A stretch of DNA of 35,407 nt from Candidatus Omnitrophota bacterium (GTDB lineage Bacteria > Omnitrophota > Omnitrophia > Omnitrophales > Danuiimicrobiaceae). Position 1 is the first letter of the stretch, and the number at the start of each line of letters is the position of its first letter. The stretch is taken from the NCBI GenBank assembly GCA_016177155.1, contig JACOVU010000029.1, forward strand, positions 1 through 35,407, read 5' to 3'. Under the pieces are notes generated by a model. It was not told the DNA's origin, searched no databases, and was given only the letters and a program-made list of their open reading frames with translations. Both the position numbers and the translations under genes were made by a program. Shown piece after piece: positions 17,760 to 26,785 of this stretch.

Positions 17760-20700
17760 TTACGAACAACCAATTGAGTTGCCACAATTCAAACACTTAT
17801 AACAAGCGCCGCTCCTGACCGTGAGGTGGCCGCACTGGTTGCATATCGGAGCGTCACCCATCATGGTAGACAGATGCTCCGAAAGAACCGCTGAGGTTTT
17901 TCCCGCTCCAAGCACTTGCGCTCCTGCCATTACTAACTGCTCTTCGTGAACAAGTATTTGTTCAATCTGTTGCGTATTCTGAGCTTTCCCCCCATCGGAA
18001 GCTGGGGTTGCTTGTGTTGGACGAGGAGGTTCAAGTTTTTGCATCTTAGGCGTACGAGATTGCGCTGGAATGGGCTCGCTATCAATCGGTTTCTTGTGAA
18101 CAAAATCGGTCATGCCCAGATACTCCATTCCAAGAACGCGGAAGAGGTAATCCACCACCGAGGTTGCAAACTTAATGTTGGGATGATCCACAGCGCCCTG
18201 CGGTTCAAAGCGCGTGAACGTGAAGACATCCACAAATTCCTTAAGCGGAACACCATATTGAAGTCCCAGGGAAACGGCAATCGCAAAACAGTTCATCACG
18301 CTGCGGAACGCCGCACCTTCCTTATGCATATCGATAAAAATTTCACCAAGCTCCCCCTCTTCATACTCACCTGTTCTTAGGTAAATCTTATGCCCGCCCA
18401 CTGAACCTTCCTGGGTAAAGCCATGACGCTTCTTCGGTAGTCTGCGGCGTCTGAGAAGGGGCTGTTGGGACTCTTGGGACTTCTCACCCGTTTTCGCTTT
18501 GCTTTCGCCTTTAGAACTATCCGAGGAGGAGGTGTTAAGCGGCTGAGAAGCTTTGCACCCGTCACGATAGAGCGCAATTGCTTTCAGGCCCATCTTCCAA
18601 CCTTCAATATAAATATCTCGAATTTCTTCGACGGTTGCTTCGTTGGGTAAATTCACGGTTTTTGAAATCGCACCTGAAATAAACGGCTGGACCGCCACCA
18701 TCATACGGACGTGGGCCATGGGCCGGATAAAGCGTTCTCCATATTTGCCGCACTTATTGGCACAATCAAATACGGGAAGATGTTCGGACTTCAAATGAGG
18801 CGCACCTTCCACCGTCATGCTACCACAAACGACGCGATTGGCTTCTTCGATCTCGGCCGGCGAAAACCCAAACGCGGTCAGTAAATTGAAATTGGACGCT
18901 TTATACTCTTCAGGCTTAAATCCCAAGCGTTTCAAGGTATCTTCGCCGAGCACCCAAGCGGAAAAAGCATGGCTGAGCTCAAAAACCCCAGCAAGTTTCG
19001 ATTCGATCTGAGCTACGTCCTCATCGGTAAATCCCTTTGCTTTGAGTGCGTTTTCATTCACCCAAGGCGCGTGCTTAAGAGATGCCGTACCCAGCACGTA
19101 TTCGATGATGTCTTTGATTTCACCGTCGGAATATCCAAGTCTCCTAAGAGCAAGCGGAACGGATTGATTCACAATTTTGAAATAACCACCGCCTGCAAGC
19201 TTCTTAAATTTCACGAGCGCAAAATCAGGTTCGACCCCCGTCGTATCGCAATCCATCAGAAGCCCAATGGTCCCCGTCGGTGCGATCACCGTCGTTTGCG
19301 CATTCCGATAACCATAGCGCTTACCAAATGCAAGTGCCTCATCCCAATCTTCCTGAGCCGCTTTTAAAAGATAGGAAGGACATTTTTCCTTGTTGATCTT
19401 GTAAGCGGCATCTCGGTGTTTTCCAATCACGCGGAGCATGGGTTCTCGATTCTTCATATAACCTGGGAAAGGACTTTTCGAACGGGCCATTTCTGCCGAC
19501 ACGCGATAGGCATGGCCCGTCATAATGGCGGTAATCGCTCCACCAATCGCAATAGCTTCCTCGCTATCATAAGGAATTCCATTCACCATGAGCACCGTTC
19601 CAAGGTTGGCATATCCGAGCCCGAGTGTACGGTAATCATGACTGTTTTTTGCAATCATTTGGGTCGGATAAGAACCGAAATCCACGATGATTTCCTGCGC
19701 CATGATGAAGATCCGGCACGCGTGCCGAAATCCTTCCACATCGAAAGAACCGTCGGGATTCAAAAACTTCATCAAATTAACAGAAGCAAGGTTGCACGCC
19801 GTATTATTCAAAAACATATATTCGGAACAGGGGTTTGAAGCATAGATCCGGTCCGTGTTAGCGCAGGTATGCCAATCATTAATCGTCGTATCAAATTGAA
19901 CCCCGGGATCAGCACAGGCCCATGCCGCTTGGCAGATTCGATCCATCAGATCCTTCGCTTGGAACGTTTCCGAGTTCTCTCCCGTCGTTCGGAAACGGGT
20001 ATGCCACTCGCCTCCATTGAGGTAGGCATTCATAAATTCATCACTGATGCGGACAGAATTATTTGAATTTTGTCCAGAAACGGTACGGTAGGCTTCCCCA
20101 TTGAAATCTGCGGGAAAACCCGCCGCAATCAAAGCCCTTACCTTCCTTTCCTCGCGAAGCTTCCATTCAATGAAATCCACAATTTCAGGGTGATCCATGT
20201 CGAGCACTACCATTTTGGCTGCTCGGCGGGTTGTCCCCCCTGATTTCGTAGCCCCCGCTCCTCGGTCCAACACCTCCAAAAAAGACATTAAACCTGACGA
20301 AGTACCACCGCCGGAAAGTTTTTCCTGTTTGCCGCGAAGTTTTGAAAAATTAGTCCCCGTGCCAGAGCCATACTTGAACAAACGGGCTTCCGATTTAATG
20401 AGTTCGAAGATCGACATTAAATCATCTTCAACCGATTGAATGAAGCAAGCCGAGCATTGAGGTTGGGAATAGGAATCTTTAGTCTGTTCACAAACTCCAG
20501 TCTTCGGATTCCAAAACCAATTTCCGCCGCTTCCTGAAATTCCATATTCATGGTAAAGACCGCAATTGAACCAAACGGGCGAGTTGAACGCGACTTTTTG
20601 ATTGACTAAGAGATGAGTCAGTTCTGCCTCAAAATTCTCTGCATCTTCGGGTGTTGTAAAGTAACCACCAAATTCTTCGCCTGCCCGACGAATAGTGTGG

Positions 20701-21041
20701 GCAACTCGCCTCACCACTTGACGGACGCTTGTCTCTGAACCGGTCTTGGGAACTCCGGCCTTGCGGAAATATTTTGAAACGACAATGTCCGTAGCAAGCT
20801 GTGACCAAGAGGAGGGAATTTCAGCATCTTCCATTTTAAAAACAACTGAACCATCAGGATTCGTAATGACGGAGGTTCTCCTGCCCCACTCAAGCTCATC
20901 ATAGGAGTGTACTCCTGGTCTTGTAAAACGCCTGGGCACGTGCAAACCGCGCTTTGCGCCTTCTTTTGTCACAGTCGAATGGCCGTTTCCGGCTTCGGCT
21001 GTTTTAGCTTCCACTTTCGTTCTCTGCGTTTTCACTGACAT
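17760..21041 (-). CDS. nrdJ: Class II (adenosylcobalamin-dependent) ribonucleotide reductase
   Basis: FNSPVWFN, PQCSACFI, ASNPCSEY, IAPTGTI, SGAISKTVN, YRDG, TSCPD-like region and C-terminal CxxC...CxxC. Start at ATG 21041 (MSVKT) after a G-rich SD-like site. Confidence 0.96.
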   Translation of the reverse strand: MSVKTQRTKVEAKTAEAGNGHSTVTKEGAKRGLHVPRRFTRPGVHSYDELEWGRRTSVITNPDGSVVFKMEDAEIPSSWSQLATDIVVSKYFRKAGVPKTGSETSVRQVVRRVAHTIRRAGEEFGGYFTTPEDAENFEAELTHLLVNQKVAFNSPVWFNCGLYHEYGISGSGGNWFWNPKTGVCEQTKDSYSQPQCSACFIQSVEDDLMSIFELIKSEARLFKYGSGTGTNFSKLRGKQEKLSGGGTSSGLMSFLEVLDRGAGATKSGGTTRRAAKMVVLDMDHPEIVDFIEWKLREERKVRALIAAGFPADFNGEAYRTVSGQNSNNSVRISDEFMNAYLNGGEWHTRFRTTGENSETFQAKDLMDRICQAAWACADPGVQFDTTINDWHTCANTDRIYASNPCSEYMFLNNTACNLASVNLMKFLNPDGSFDVEGFRHACRIFIMAQEIIVDFGSYPTQMIAKNSHDYRTLGLGYANLGTVLMVNGIPYDSEEAIAIGGAITAIMTGHAYRVSAEMARSKSPFPGYMKNREPMLRVIGKHRDAAYKINKEKCPSYLLKAAQEDWDEALAFGKRYGYRNAQTTVIAPTGTIGLLMDCDTTGVEPDFALVKFKKLAGGGYFKIVNQSVPLALRRLGYSDGEIKDIIEYVLGTASLKHAPWVNENALKAKGFTDEDVAQIESKLAGVFELSHAFSAWVLGEDTLKRLGFKPEEYKASNFNLLTAFGFSPAEIEEANRVVCGSMTVEGAPHLKSEHLPVFDCANKCGKYGERFIRPMAHVRMMVAVQPFISGAISKTVNLPNEATVEEIRDIYIEGWKMGLKAIALYRDGCKASQPLNTSSSDSSKGESKAKTGEKSQESQQPLLRRRRLPKKRHGFTQEGSVGGHKIYLRTGEYEEGELGEIFIDMHKEGAAFRSVMNCFAIAVSLGLQYGVPLKEFVDVFTFTRFEPQGAVDHPNIKFATSVVDYLFRVLGMEYLGMTDFVHKKPIDSEPIPAQSRTPKMQKLEPPRPTQATPASDGGKAQNTQQIEQILVHEEQLVMAGAQVLGAGKTSAVLSEHLSTMMGDAPICNQCGHLTVRSGACYKCLNCGNSIGCS

Positions 21042-21068
21042 TGCTAGGCCCCCCGAACATTTAGAATT

Positions 21069-21116
21069 CTTCAATATATTGTACTCTTAAACCCTGATTT
21101 ATACAATATCTAGTGT
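21069..21116 (-). promoter_or_regulatory. Tandem NrdR boxes
   Basis: Minus-strand ACACTAGATATTGTAT (21101-21116) and GTACAATATATTGAAG (21069-21084) fit the acaCwAtATaTwGtgt consensus, are offset by 32 bp and lie just upstream of nrdJ. Confidence 0.85.
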
Positions 21117-21304
21117 CACCAAGCATAGAATCGGCATCCCTTAAAAAAGACTTTAATCTCAAAACCTTAATTTTTTTGGATTACGTTTTAACCTGAGACA
21201 GCACCTCACAATTCCAATCCAGCAAACGAACTGGACCATTTTTTCCCTTTTGCTCGATCAAGAACTGTGGTGCATTTTTGGAAGTAGACGGGAAATTTAG
21301 AGAC

Positions 21305-21335
21305 AAAAAAGGCGGCTCAACTGCGCCGCCTTTTT
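21305..21335. terminator. Rho-independent terminator, potentially bidirectional
   Basis: aaaaaa-ggcggc-tcaactgc-gccgcc-ttttt. Confidence 0.75.
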
Positions 21336-21395
21336 CACATTTACTTTTTCTCGAATGTTGGGATCATGAAATTAAAAAACCAACCGGCTTCCCCG

Positions 21396-21481
21396 TTTAC
21401 CCAGTTAGAAATTTTCCTTACAACGAAATAAAACTATCAGTGGTTTTACTTTTAAGTTTCCCCGATTTCTAACGGGGTTTA
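21396..21481. repeat. CCCCGTTAGAAA-family inverted-repeat (MITE-like) element, copy 1
   Basis: cccagttagaaat (from 21400) ... atttctaacgggg (to 21477), flanked by ttta direct repeats. Confidence 0.8.
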
Positions 21482-21573
21482 CTTTTAAAAACTTTTTTGC
21501 TTTTCTTCCCTACCACAACCGACTTTTTCTGAAAGAACCTTGTTCGTGAAAATGTAACAAACGAACAAATGGA

Positions 21574-21602
21574 ATTTTAATGAAGGACAAACCACGTGTC
21601 AA
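21574..21602 (-). promoter_or_regulatory. Near-consensus sigma70 promoter
   Basis: TTGACA - 17 nt - TAAAAT on the minus strand with a T-rich upstream tract. Confidence 0.7.
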
Positions 21603-21672
21603 TACAAAAAGTAAAAAAATTTTTCTTCTACCTTTTCCCATAGGGAAGGCTTTCAGAAAAATACTTGACAAA

Positions 21673-23067
21673 TCATTTTCCGATACAGAATTCTTTGAAG
21701 ATCATGTCGAGCAGATCTTCGCTGTAAATCTCACCTACGAACTCGCGAAGCCGATCGAGCGCTTGCTTTAAATCAAGTACAACAAATTCCAAAGATTCTT
21801 GCCTCGTAAAAGAATCAAAACTTTTACGAAGCGCTTCCAAGGATTCTTCAAGTGAGCGTTTGTGTCTTGCGCGTGTGATGAGCGTCGATTCTTCATTGAG
21901 TTCATGTTTCAGTATGAGATCTGTCATTTTTTTCTCAAGCGTTTCAATTCCTTCACCGGTCTTTGCGGAAAGAAAAATGGCAGCTTCATCGATGTCAAAT
22001 TTTTGGAAGCTTTCAAATCCGTTTCGACGGTTTGCGATATCGATTTTGTTCACCACAGGAATCACTTTTTTGCCCTGTTTTAGACCCTTTACGATTTCCT
22101 GATCTTCATCAGTTAACCCCGAGGTGGCATCCAAAACCCAGAGGAAAAGATCGCCTTCCCCTATAGAGCGCCTGGTGCGTTCCATGGCCGCCTGATCTAA
22201 AGGGTTTTGGCTTTGCCCAAGACCTGCCGTATCCAGCAGGCGAATCCATAAGCCATTTAAGCTGATGGACTCCTCCAAAATATCTCGGGTTGTGCCTGGA
22301 ATTTCAGAAACAATGGCCCGATCGCGGTCCAAAAACGCATTGAGAAGCGAAGATTTCCCGACGTTCGGCCTTCCGATAATCACAACAAGAGCGCCCTCTC
22401 TCAAGATAGAACCTTTTGAAAAAGTACCGATCAAACGTTCTAACTTTTGCATGACGGACTCAAAATGCGACTTAAATTCTCGGTTCGAATAAACCTCAAG
22501 GTGTTCGTCCGGAAAATCGAGGTAGGCTTCAAGATGGGCATAGATTTTCACAAGCTCATCTTTAATCGAATGAATTTCCTCGGAAAGCTTCCCTGCCAAC
22601 TGCCGAAGGGCAACTTCAAGAGAACGGTCGCTTCTCGATCGAATGAGATCAAGCACAGCCTCAGCCTGAGCGAGATCAATGCGGCCATTCAAAAATGCGC
22701 GTTTGGTAAATTCGCCTGGCTCAGCATGGCGCGCCCCATACGAAAGCGCTAGATTTAAAATCCTCTGAAGTACGCGCGAACCGCCGTGCGCGCTAATCTC
22801 CACCACATCTTCTGCCGTATAGGATTTGGGCTTACGAAAAACGGTGACGAGCACTTGATCAATAACGCGGCCTTCGCCATCACAAACTGTTCCAAAATGT
22901 ACGGTATGAGATTTCACTTCGGCTAAATTTGTCTCATTCAAACTTCGAAACATGCAGGCGGCAATCGCAATCGCATTCTTTCCGCTCAAACGAACAATTC
23001 CAATTCCACCTTCACCTGGTGGTGTGGAAATTGCGGCAATCGTATCTTCTAAATGAATTTCGGGCAT
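21673..23067 (-). CDS. mnmE: tRNA modification GTPase MnmE (TrmE)
   Basis: DTIAAISTPPGEGGIGIVRLSG, GRPNVGKSS, GTTRD, DTAG, NKID, terminal FCIGK. Start at ATG 23067. Confidence 0.97.
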   Translation of the reverse strand: MPEIHLEDTIAAISTPPGEGGIGIVRLSGKNAIAIAACMFRSLNETNLAEVKSHTVHFGTVCDGEGRVIDQVLVTVFRKPKSYTAEDVVEISAHGGSRVLQRILNLALSYGARHAEPGEFTKRAFLNGRIDLAQAEAVLDLIRSRSDRSLEVALRQLAGKLSEEIHSIKDELVKIYAHLEAYLDFPDEHLEVYSNREFKSHFESVMQKLERLIGTFSKGSILREGALVVIIGRPNVGKSSLLNAFLDRDRAIVSEIPGTTRDILEESISLNGLWIRLLDTAGLGQSQNPLDQAAMERTRRSIGEGDLFLWVLDATSGLTDEDQEIVKGLKQGKKVIPVVNKIDIANRRNGFESFQKFDIDEAAIFLSAKTGEGIETLEKKMTDLILKHELNEESTLITRARHKRSLEESLEALRKSFDSFTRQESLEFVVLDLKQALDRLREFVGEIYSEDLLDMIFKEFCIGK

Positions 23068-24389
23068 CCCAGAATTTCCCTCGCTTCTCCCGCTAGAAAA
23101 ATAGATCCTGCAATAAAAATAACAGAATTCCGAGAAGCTGCTTCTCGAGCTAACCGAAGAGCTTCTTTGAGATCGGAACTCCAAAAAGTGGGTTTTTTAT
23201 ACCCCATTTTTGAAAGCGTTTCCAGAATAACTTTAGGTTCTTGAGCTCTAACATTGTTACTTTTTGTCACAACAATTTTGGAAGCCTCTTCTAATACAGA
23301 AGTTAAGATTGGCAACAAAGCCTTCTCTCGAGATGTTCCTAATAAGATGATCTTTTCTTTCCCGGGAAACAGTGCTCTCAATGCATCGCTTGCTTCCTCC
23401 ATAGAAGCTCCATTATGAGCGGCGTCGATCACAAAAGTAAGCGCGCCCCGCTTAACAACTTCAAACCGCGCAGGCCAAAAGGCTTGCAAGAGACCTCGTC
23501 TCACCTTCCGCTCATCCAAGCTGAATCCAAATTGATTCTCAAGAAGGCTTACTGCTTGAAGGGCGCAAGCCGCGTTTTGGATTTGAAATCTGCCAAGCAT
23601 AGAAATCTTAAAATCCCCGCGTTTCTCAGAACCAATCTGAAAATCGAAACGTCCACCTTTAAGCGAAATGGATTCTTTTTGTGTTTTGAACGTTGAACCA
23701 AAGAAGTGACCTTTTGCCTTTTGCTTTTGAATTCGCTTGAGAATGACTTGACGCGCTTCCGGTTTTTGTTTTCCGACCACCACGTTGGCATTGGGTTTAA
23801 TAATTGCGGCTTTCTCCCGCGCGATTGAAGTGAGCGTGTGTCCCAAATGTTCTTCGTGATCGTAGCTAATCGGCGTAATGACCGAAACAAGAGGCTTGAG
23901 CACATTGGTCGCATCAAGCCTTCCTCCCATCCCCACCTCAAAAATTCCGAAGTCAACCTTGCGCTCTTTAAAATAAAGCGTGGCCACAAGTGTCAAAACT
24001 TCAAAAAAGGTGATCGGCTCAAGGGGTTTTATCCTTTTTCGTTTCCGCTCAAGAACAGGTTTTATTTTTGAAACCAGCTCAGCGAAATCATTTTGAGAAA
24101 TCGCGACGCCATTGATTCGGATCCGCTCACGAGGATCACTCAAATGGGGAGAAGTATAAAGCCCCACCCGATAGCTGTTAGCGGTAAGAATCGAGGCAAT
24201 GAAATTAGCAGTCGAACCTTTCCCTTTTGTTCCCGCTATATGAATGGAGGAAAAAGCATGCTCAGGATGGCTGAACCAGTCGAGCAGGCGCACCATGCGG
24301 GCCAAATTAAACTGGCGCTTATACTCAAACGGAAGCTGCTCAAAATCAAGGAAGGAATAGAGGTACTGAAGTGCCACAAAGTAGTGCAT
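23049..24389 (-). CDS. folC: Folylpolyglutamate synthase / dihydrofolate synthase
   Basis: HIAGTKGKGST, YTSPHL, EVGMGGRLDATN, IDAAHN. Confidence 0.96.
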   Translation of the reverse strand: MHYFVALQYLYSFLDFEQLPFEYKRQFNLARMVRLLDWFSHPEHAFSSIHIAGTKGKGSTANFIASILTANSYRVGLYTSPHLSDPRERIRINGVAISQNDFAELVSKIKPVLERKRKRIKPLEPITFFEVLTLVATLYFKERKVDFGIFEVGMGGRLDATNVLKPLVSVITPISYDHEEHLGHTLTSIAREKAAIIKPNANVVVGKQKPEARQVILKRIQKQKAKGHFFGSTFKTQKESISLKGGRFDFQIGSEKRGDFKISMLGRFQIQNAACALQAVSLLENQFGFSLDERKVRRGLLQAFWPARFEVVKRGALTFVIDAAHNGASMEEASDALRALFPGKEKIILLGTSREKALLPILTSVLEEASKIVVTKSNNVRAQEPKVILETLSKMGYKKPTFWSSDLKEALRLAREAASRNSVIFIAGSIFLAGEAREILGCPKFI

Positions 24390-24401
24390 GAAAGAAGGAG
24401 C

Positions 24402-25961
24402 TCAGTGCCTGAAATGGCGTTCGCCAGTGAAACACATGGCAATGCCGGTTTTGTTACAGGCATCGATCACGTCTTGATCTCGAATCGAGCCGCCTGGCTG
24501 GATAATCGCGCGGATTCCATATTCATGGGCGACTTCAATATTATCGGGCATGGGGAAAAAGGCGTCGCTTGCAAGAACAGAACCCCGTGTGAGGTCTCCC
24601 GCTTTCATGCAGGCGAGTTTGACGCTGTCAACCCTGGACATCTGACCGCAGCCAATTCCAACCGTTTTCTTCCCATGAGTCAGAACAATCGCGTTGGACC
24701 GAACCACTTTGGCACATTTCCAGGCAAAGATGAGGTCACTTGTTTCGCTCGGCTTTAATTGCTTCTCCGTTACCCACTTGAGATTCTTCTTAAGTTCTTT
24801 TTCCCGTTCACAAACGGGCCTGTCTCTATCTTGAAGGAGAAGTCCAGTTTTAATCACCCGGAAGTCATAAGGCTCAAGATCATCTAGGTGATGAACTTGA
24901 ATCACCCTTAAATTCTTTCTCGATTTCAAAATCTGGAGCGCGCCTTCCGTAAAATGAGGGGCAACCATCAGTTCAAAAAAGGAAAGCTTTTCGAAAACAA
25001 GTCTCGCCAGTCCCTCGTCGCACGTTTGATTGATTGCCACAATCCCGCCAAACGCAGAAAGCGGATCGCAATCAACGGCTTGACGGATGGCAACGGCGAT
25101 TTTGGGATCGGCTGAAATCCCAGAGGGATTATTGTGTTTCACCACACAAGCCGCCGGCTCTTTGAACTCTCTTAAAATATCAATGGAAGCCTCAAAATCG
25201 AGAATGTTATTGTAGGAAAGCTCTTTGCCGTGAAATTGTTCAAAGCTGAATTTCGATCTGCCGCCCACGCGTTGATAAAGCGCGGCTCTCTGATGGGGAT
25301 TTTCCCCATATCTTAAGGTTTGAGTTTTCTTAAATACTTCATCAAAAATGTTCGGGAGGCCATCTTCTTTTTCAAATTGTTTCGTCAAATATTTCGCAAT
25401 TTCACGGTCATAGGTAGACGTATGACGGAACACCTTTAGAGCAAGCTTTTGGCGAAGCTCATGCGAGATCGAACCCCGGCTTTTCTTAAGCTCTTCAATG
25501 ACCATGGGATAATCCTGGGGATCTGGGACAACCGCCACCGATTCAAAATTCTTAGCGGCAGACCGAAGCATCGTAGGTCCACCAATATCGATTTGTTCAA
25601 CGGCGGTTTCTAATTGAACGCCCGGTTTGGAAATCGTTTCTTGAAAGGGATAAAGATTGACAACCACCATGTCGATCGGAACAATTCCATATTTTTTTGC
25701 TTCGCGCGCTTGTTTTTTATTGGAACGGAGATAAAGAAGCCCTCCGTGCACTCTGGGATGAAGGGTTTTTAGGCGGCCTTCCAAAATCTCAGGAAAACCG
25801 GTCAGTTCAGAAATGGATTTGGCGCGAATTCTATGATTCTTAAGTAAAGTAAGTGTTCCGCCCGTGGAGTAAATTTCAACTTTGTGGCGCTGGAGTTCTT
25901 TGGCAAGAGGAATTAAACCTGTTTTATCCGAAACGCTGATAATGGCCCTTTTAACTTTCAT
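24402..25961 (-). CDS. purH: Bifunctional AICAR transformylase / IMP cyclohydrolase
   Basis: AIISVSDKTG, KTLHP, IDIGGPTM, LRYGENPHQ, ASDAFFP, IIQPGGSIRD, RHFRH. Confidence 0.97.
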   Translation of the reverse strand: MKVKRAIISVSDKTGLIPLAKELQRHKVEIYSTGGTLTLLKNHRIRAKSISELTGFPEILEGRLKTLHPRVHGGLLYLRSNKKQAREAKKYGIVPIDMVVVNLYPFQETISKPGVQLETAVEQIDIGGPTMLRSAAKNFESVAVVPDPQDYPMVIEELKKSRGSISHELRQKLALKVFRHTSTYDREIAKYLTKQFEKEDGLPNIFDEVFKKTQTLRYGENPHQRAALYQRVGGRSKFSFEQFHGKELSYNNILDFEASIDILREFKEPAACVVKHNNPSGISADPKIAVAIRQAVDCDPLSAFGGIVAINQTCDEGLARLVFEKLSFFELMVAPHFTEGALQILKSRKNLRVIQVHHLDDLEPYDFRVIKTGLLLQDRDRPVCEREKELKKNLKWVTEKQLKPSETSDLIFAWKCAKVVRSNAIVLTHGKKTVGIGCGQMSRVDSVKLACMKAGDLTRGSVLASDAFFPMPDNIEVAHEYGIRAIIQPGGSIRDQDVIDACNKTGIAMCFTGERHFRH

Positions 25962-26785
25962 CGGATTCCAAGCTCCTTTTTAAGCTCCGAATGAAAACGG
26001 TTCATTAATTTTTTCGTTATCTGCCCAGGAATTTCAACTCCGATTTCCCTTCCGTCCAGAGAACGAATCGGGGTAATTTCACCTGACGTGCTTGTCAGAA
26101 ATGCCTCATCCGCATTCCAAACATCATGACGGGTTAAATTCGTTTCAACCAAAGGGAGGCGTTCCTTTTGGGCACATTCTATCACAAACTGACGTGTAAC
26201 TCCATCCAAGATGCCAACCTCGGGCGTCAAAATTTGATCCTCTTTGACCATAAAAAAGTTCCAAACTGTGGCTTCTGTCACATAACCGTTGAGATCTAAA
26301 AAAATGACCTCGTAGGCATCCTGTTTTTCCATGGCAGCAAGGACATTATTGAAGAAGGCGCTGGTTTTTGCTTCGGGAGGAATAGAGCTCGTCAGATTCC
26401 TGCGCGTGACTGCAGTTTTTATATCAATGCCTTGCTCATAAATCCATTCGGGCCGCTTGCGTTCCAAAACGAGGATGTAGCTACTCTGCTTATCCACTCC
26501 AAGGCGAAGGAAAACCTCCTGCTTGCCGCTTTGAGCGAATGCGGTAAGCAATTCTTTCTTCAGCTCACTCAAAGTCTTTGGAAGTTTGAGACCGATCGTT
26601 TTAGCAGATCGCAAAAGACGTTCCAAGTGTTGGTCGATGCGGAACACTTTGCTTTGATAGCCTCTTAAACTTTCAAACGCGAAGATATCCCCTTCTGAAA
26701 AGGAAATATCGTGCACCCGTTCAGACAAAACTTTTTTACCATCGACAAAAAGTTGAAGCTGAGGCGAAAGGGAAGGTTTAGACAT
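25958..26785 (-). CDS. Class IV PLP-dependent aminotransferase (IlvE/PabC-like; 4-amino-4-deoxychorismate lyase by context)
   Basis: FESLR, HLERL, EAKT, GYVTEA...NFF, ILDGVTR, ADEAFLTST. Start at ATG 26785. Confidence 0.85.
   Translation of the reverse strand: MSKPSLSPQLQLFVDGKKVLSERVHDISFSEGDIFAFESLRGYQSKVFRIDQHLERLLRSAKTIGLKLPKTLSELKKELLTAFAQSGKQEVFLRLGVDKQSSYILVLERKRPEWIYEQGIDIKTAVTRRNLTSSIPPEAKTSAFFNNVLAAMEKQDAYEVIFLDLNGYVTEATVWNFFMVKEDQILTPEVGILDGVTRQFVIECAQKERLPLVETNLTRHDVWNADEAFLTSTSGEITPIRSLDGREIGVEIPGQITKKLMNRFHSELKKELGIR

Noticed and set aside
17760-21041. Intein or intron in nrdJ
   Set aside because: The frame is continuous with RNR motifs in the expected order; no intein terminal or homing-endonuclease motifs were seen.
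21340-21560. Cobalamin riboswitch upstream of nrdJ
   Set aside because: Isolated CCACTG and GGGAAG words occur, but the B12 box and core stems were not found, and CCACTG lies inside the repeat element.
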